From: Mayamaea pseudoterrestris
Taxonomy: Eukaryota
Reading direction: 5' to 3'
Assembly (NCBI GenBank): GCA_027923505.1
Contig: BROI01000010.1
Span: 124,001-188,000, forward strand
DNA: 64,000 nt
Of this stretch, positions 59,008-64,000 are shown piece by piece (positions within the stretch are counted from its first letter, which is position 1; each line of letters opens with the position of its first letter). The position numbers were made by a program, and so were the translations under genes. The notes under the pieces are model-generated. The model saw only the letters and a list, made by a program, of their open reading frames with translations, was not told where the DNA came from and searched no databases.

Positions 59008-61488
59008 CTACGACAAGCCGCACAGTTGCTTGTACTTTGTCAGGACCCGACTCGTGTACGCGCGGGCGGACGGCGGGTTGCACCGCGTTGAAATGGCCAG
59101 CGTTTGGCAGCTGGAAACGTTGGCGCTGCAACCACACTGCCGCTTGACAAGTTTGGCGCAAGTATTGGGCGCCACTGAAACCGGTAGTGTTGACTGCGGG
59201 GCACTGGATGGAAGGTTCGTCGTGACGGACTCGAATTTGGCGATGGATGGCTTTCTTACCGGAGTTCGGGCGGGCTGGTTGGTGGGAGGTTTTACCGGCG
59301 ATCTCGTTGGTGGCTTTCTGGTGGGTGATTTAATTGGAGACTTGACTGGAGCAACAGTAGGTAATTTTGCTGGAGCGCGGGTCGGTGGTTTCACTGGCTT
59401 AGCTGTTGGTTTCCTTGTCGGAAGTTTGGTCGGAGGTTTCACAGGCGCAGCTGTTGGCTTCTTTGTGGGAATTTTGGTCGGTGGTTTCACTGGCGCACCT
59501 GTAGGCTTTTTCGTCGGAAGTTTGGTTGGAGGTTTCACTGGCGCAGCTGTTGGTTTCTTCGTCGGAAGTTTGGTTGGTGGTTTCACTGGCGCCACAGTTG
59601 GTTTCTTTGTTGGAACCTTTGTCGGTGGTTTGACTGGTGCACCTGTTGGTGTCTTTGTCGGAACCTTGGTCGGTGGTTTCACTGGCGCATTTGAAGGAGG
59701 TGGAACTGGAGCAAGAGACGGCTTACTTGTTGGCACCTTGGTTGGAGACATAACTGGGGCGACCGATGGCTTTGTCGTCGCATCTGGAGCGATTGTCGGC
59801 CTACTTGTTGGACTCCTTGTCGGAGCCGCAATTGGAGCCACAGAAGGCTTTTTCGTAGGTGTCTTGGTTGGCTGCGGCGCAATTGGTGCTTTTGAGACTG
59901 GAGCAATACTGACGGGCGATTTTGTCGGAACCGGCGCAGAAATGAAAACGTTGCATGGGGACTCGATCGGATTGCACTGGCCGCATTGCGCTGGGAAGTA
60001 ATATGCGGCATTCAAACATGCATTGGGCTCATTCTTGGTAAGTAAGTAATTCTGGATGATGCTTCGACATGTACTAGTTCCCGATACAACCCTGTCCAAA
60101 ACTGACGACAAGAAGCGCGCGTGAGCAAGAGAAAATGCAGGCGGTTCATGTTTGGCGATTCTGCTCGTACCTTCGTCAGTGCAAATGTACTGGCATCCAC
60201 AAGTGACGTCCCTTTTCGAATCCCGAAAGCCTTCCCACTGGTTGATGTAAATATAAGGGATGTGAAGAATGAGATTCCAAGTTCAGCGAATGTCGAGGAT
60301 ATTAGCGAATGAACTTACATGCGCCACCATGCGAGCAACTTGGCCCGGTGTAAACTCTCCGTACTTGGCCGTGCAAGTGCTGGAAATGTAATTCCTGAAA
60401 GACAAAGGTGGAGGTAATGTGAGCGCCATCGTTATATTATGCAGTTCGTCACATTGAAACATCTCAAACATACTCACATGTGGTTCTTGACCGGATCTAA
60501 TCCGACGTCAATGCCGGGGATACTGTCACTGCAGGTATCGAGTGGAGGAGTGGTCATCCAGCATTTCGAGTATCCAGCCAAATTTTGCGTGGGACCTGCA
60601 TGACTTGGTGTGTCAGCCACCGAGTCCCCTGAAATTGTGTACTGGTAAAATTCGGCTCCTGTTACGTTGCATCCACCTTCAAACGTGTGGAGCTGTAGAG
60701 TTGAGCGCGTGTTAGCGGACGATAGCGAAACAACATCATCATGAATCATCCAGCAAACGTGTACGTACCAGTCCCAACCAGTGTCCTGCTTCATGAATCA
60801 TTGTTTGATAGCTCACTACGGGGTCGGAGAAAACGGGCGAGTACCTCGGATTGGCGACAAACATGGCATCCTGCGCAAGGTTCCACCAGACTTGCGGCGG
60901 ATAGTTGGCCCAACCAACCACATAGCTTTTCGCTTGCATACTTGTGTCGCAGACAAACACATTGAGGGCTTCAGAACCGCCTTTGCGCATGGCCTTTTTG
61001 ATCGGCAAGTTGCCATTGAGGTTTTGAGTCGTCTGGCAGTCGTAGTAGGTTGCATTGATGGTCACATCTGTTGCGGCATGCACAAACGTAAACCCAGTTC
61101 CAGCGAACCCCTTGTTCAATGCAATTACCATGTTGTCGCGATCAACGTTCGGAAGGACACCGTACGTTTCGTTCTTTTGAATGACGTGAAAGTATACTGG
61201 AATGGTTGCCGCGAAGCTTTCCAATCGGCGCGTTTGGTTATCGGCGTTTGCTTCCTCCCACTGTTGCACAATCTCGGCGGAGAAGAGCTTTTCCTCATCA
61301 GTCATGTGTGGAGCGGCGCATTCTTCTAAAATATTGGAGCCGAGCATCCTTTCATGTGAAGAAGAAGCTTGGGATCGAAGGAAAGACTTGTCCAAGGAAT
61401 GCGAGTGAGAATGATGGTGTTGGTGATGATGCCCTCCATGAGCATACGCTCCAATCGCCAAGGTGGTTGCAAGGATGAAGGAGTTCAT
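59008..61488 (-). CDS. Secreted M43 (pappalysin-like) zinc metalloprotease with Cys-rich module and KPT-repeat stalk; 4 introns
   Basis: Spliced HEAGHWLGL|LHTF, Met-turn NHM|NY, FTPGQVARM; CGC..CT..C..AC..CGQCNP module; PTKKPT repeats. Confidence 0.88.
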
Positions 61489-61781
61489 TTTTGACTCGAA
61501 TGATGTTTTTGTGGCATCAAACTATTGTTCGCCATTCGCTTGGCATCGAACTTTAGGGCCTTTAAAAATGACTATGACCAAGCATCTTCAAGGTATGATC
61601 GTAGTTGTACGATCTTTTCAAGCCAAAGTCCCTTCACATTTCAAAATAAGTATTGCCCGATCTTGCTCGACCGAATTTTCACGACCAATCTAGTCACAGA
61701 TTCTCCGAGACACACGAAAGATACTGGTTTCAAGCAAGACTAATCTTGACAGTGAGACGAAGTCACTGTCATTCCGAGCCA

Positions 61782-63019
61782 GGTACTTCAGCTCACTCTG
61801 TCTAGACTCCTTGATCGAACTACACTCTCATATCTCTAAAAGACGAAACGACTCCTCAATAACATATAACAAAGACCACTAGTGCTTTTGCACCTAGTTT
61901 GGGGTTAAGTTCACTTCCGGGTCCGCCTCGCATTTGAAGCGCCCAGTAGGATTCCACCTTGCAAACTCTTCGCCAGAGCCCGGCTGGGATTCCTACTGTG
62001 AGCCCCCTCCTTAGACCACTCTGTAGTGGCTTCTTTCCCCTGGCGAATCCGGTCAGGAACTCAACGCTTCATCCTTGGCTCTTTGGTGTTAAGAATGCCA
62101 AGCCTATGGCCGCACGAACGGACAAGCCAGGGAGGATCATTTACAAACTGTGGCTGCCCCACAGAGTGCACTGACGCGAAGATGTAAGCACTGCCGTTCC
62201 CCCAGCGGTCTGAATTAAAAGAAGCGGGTCAGAGCCTTCCATATAAATTAGAAAGCTCCGCTTTCCTGCGGTGGGTGGGTGGGAAATTTAAACAAGTAAA
62301 GCCTTTATGCTGCTCCCAAGAGAGATCTCTTTTGGTTCCTGGGTCGACAACGTTCGAGCCTTCCTTGCAACAACTGATCGTTTCTCGTCTCCTTGCAAAT
62401 TGGATGGCCTCAATTGCCAATGCCATCAATTTGCTCCAGATTGCAAGTCCGTTGGTAATCGAGTGGTAGCCCTTTCAATCCGTCTGTCCAGTGTTCGTTC
62501 CATACCAGCTTGGCTTGTGTGCTTGTCGTGGTACTTCAGCTCACTCTGTCTAGACTCCTTGATCGAACTACACTCTCATATCTCTAAAAGACGAAACGAC
62601 TCCTCAATAACATATAACAAAGACCACTAGTGCTTTGGCACCTAGTTTGGGGTTAGGGTCACTTCCGGGTCCGCCTCGCATTTGAAGCGCCCAGTAGGAT
62701 TCCACCTTGCGAACTCTTCGCCAGAGCCCGGCTGGGATTCCTACTGTGAGCCCCCTCCTTAGACCACTCTGTAGTGGCTTCTTTCCCCTGGCGAATCCGG
62801 TCAGGAACTCAACGCTTCATCCTTGGCTCTTTGGTGTTAAGAATGCCAAGCCTATGGCCGCACGAACGGACAAGCCAGGGAGGATCATTTACAAACTGTG
62901 GCTGCCCCACAGAGTGCACTGACGCGAAGATGTAAGCACTGCCGTTCCCCCAGCGGTCTGAATGAAAAGAAGCGGGTCAGAGACTTCCAATAATAAAATA
63001 GAAAGCTCCACTTTCCTGC
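61782..63019. repeat. Near-identical ~490-bp direct repeats 61782-62269 and 62530-63019
   Basis: Both copies start ggtacttcagctcactctg and end gaaagctcc.ctttcctgc; few differences. Confidence 0.95.
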
Positions 63020-63108
63020 CCCCCTCGGTCTCTGCATTCTCCTTTATCCGGTGTCGCTTGTGATCGTGTATGGTTCCCACAGCTTTGCGTTGTCAGTCAA
63101 AGCCGCTG

Positions 63109-64000
63109 CTACAACGACTCCGAATAAATCAAAAGGGTTTCAATGGAGGCGGCGACGTCGGAATAGTGTTCCATCATTCCAACTTTCACCTGCCTACCTT
63201 TCGCCCGTTCCACTTTCCTCCATCTGTTGCTCTGCAAATCACGCTTCCTTGGCTCCGCGTCGTCTGCTTGCGCTGTCGATCCTGCGCAAGTGGATCTTTC
63301 AACAGAGCCAAACTCCGTTACGTCTAACCGCCGAGCTTGTAACTTCAGGACACTGCGCCTGTACTTCCATCTTGGCTTTGAGTCTTGGAAAGTCAGGACA
63401 CATAGATCGCCTTGCCCTGCCGTACTTTCAGGCTCGAACACTGGCCCACGGACGATTCCTCGTTTACTCGCATGATCCGACAAAACGACAGACGCACATG
63501 CAGCCCGAACGAGTCTCCAGTGCCAGCGGCAACAGGTGGCATCGCTCGCCTCGCTCACCCTTCACGCGCCCCTGCAATGCAAGTGTAAAATGGCGGTGTC
63601 GAGGATGTGACAAGCTTTCATCAAGATGAGCCATTGTTCCTTCAAGCTCAATCTTGGGTACTTCTTCTCCTCGCAGTCCACCTGCGAACCCCGCGAGAAG
63701 AAACCCCGCCAGCAGACACACATCAAGCTTCTCACTGACACTCGCTCCTATCCAGTCTCGCTCAAGCAACTCCTGCAGCTTCAACATCATATCGATTGTC
63801 ACCGCTCGATCGGGCTGCACGTTGTCACCCATGCGCTTGTGACACCCTTCCAGAAAGCGCTTGAACCAGTAGGAGTGCGTCGGGCTGTCGCTAAAGTGCT
63901 GTGCTCCTTGCATTCCCGTAATGGTCGTCAGAGTCACACCATCGGGCTTTGTCAATGCCACGTTGGTGAAATGGGTTCGCAAACGCCGCATTGTTCCAAA
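63109..64000 (-). pseudogene. Tyrosine recombinase ORF, frameshifted near 63500
   Basis: WFKRFLEGCHKRMG, GFAGGLRGEE (catalytic Arg), LQGRVKGE (Lys), NRWRKVE...MEHYSD (Trp, catalytic Tyr). Confidence 0.8.

Larger units (their letters stand above)
61782..64000 (-). mobile_element. Ngaro-type tyrosine-recombinase (DIRS-order) retrotransposon, 3' end
   Basis: YR ORF followed, on the minus strand, by B1 (63019-62530), a unique 260-bp segment (putative A2) and B2 (62269-61782). Confidence 0.8.

Noticed and set aside
59030..60001. 323-aa plus-strand Gly/Val-rich ORF
   Set aside because: Antisense shadow of the KPT repeats of the M43 protease.
61782..63019. Direct repeats read as the LTRs of a TRIM/retrozyme, or a hammerhead ribozyme
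   Set aside because: No TG...CA termini, PBS or CUGANGA/GAAA core; the adjacent YR ORF fits Ngaro split repeats better.

Overview
Eukaryotic genomic DNA, most likely a pennate diatom. This is inferred from short GT-AG introns, signal peptide+F/W plastid presequences, DUF6824 genes, RxL propeptide motifs and diatom-type retroelements. Bases 1-10 kb are a transposon-rich block: the 5' part of a minus-strand Ty3/gypsy-like LTR element (LTR 1932-2527, frameshifted gag), a ~168-bp tandem satellite and a decayed APE/RT LINE. Bases 10-61.5 kb are gene-dense: SASA-like esterase homologue, two DUF6824 proteins, EF-hand/calcineurin-B-like protein, PI31, a ~10-kb secreted Lys/Pro/Thr + Ser/Ala/Pro repeat protein with a 732-bp higher-order repeat, two DnaJ paralogues, protein kinase, class I GATase, FG-repeat protein, thioredoxin-fold protein, cyclophilin, LRR/RNI-like protein, FAD oxidoreductase, MORC-like GHKL ATPase, mannitol 2-dehydrogenase and an M43 metalloprotease. 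This stretch also holds a MITE and a gypsy pol relic. The window ends in the 3' end of an Ngaro-type tyrosine-recombinase retrotransposon with B1-A2-B2 split repeats. Best leads: (1) a MORC gene head-to-head with a small gene sharing its C-terminal coiled-coil tail; (2) a structured, possibly pseudoknotted RNA in the Ngaro B repeat; (3) the block-copolymer giant secreted protein; (4) the nucleosome-sized satellite. Many indels in repetitive parts may be assembly errors. All family calls come from motif recognition, not database searches.
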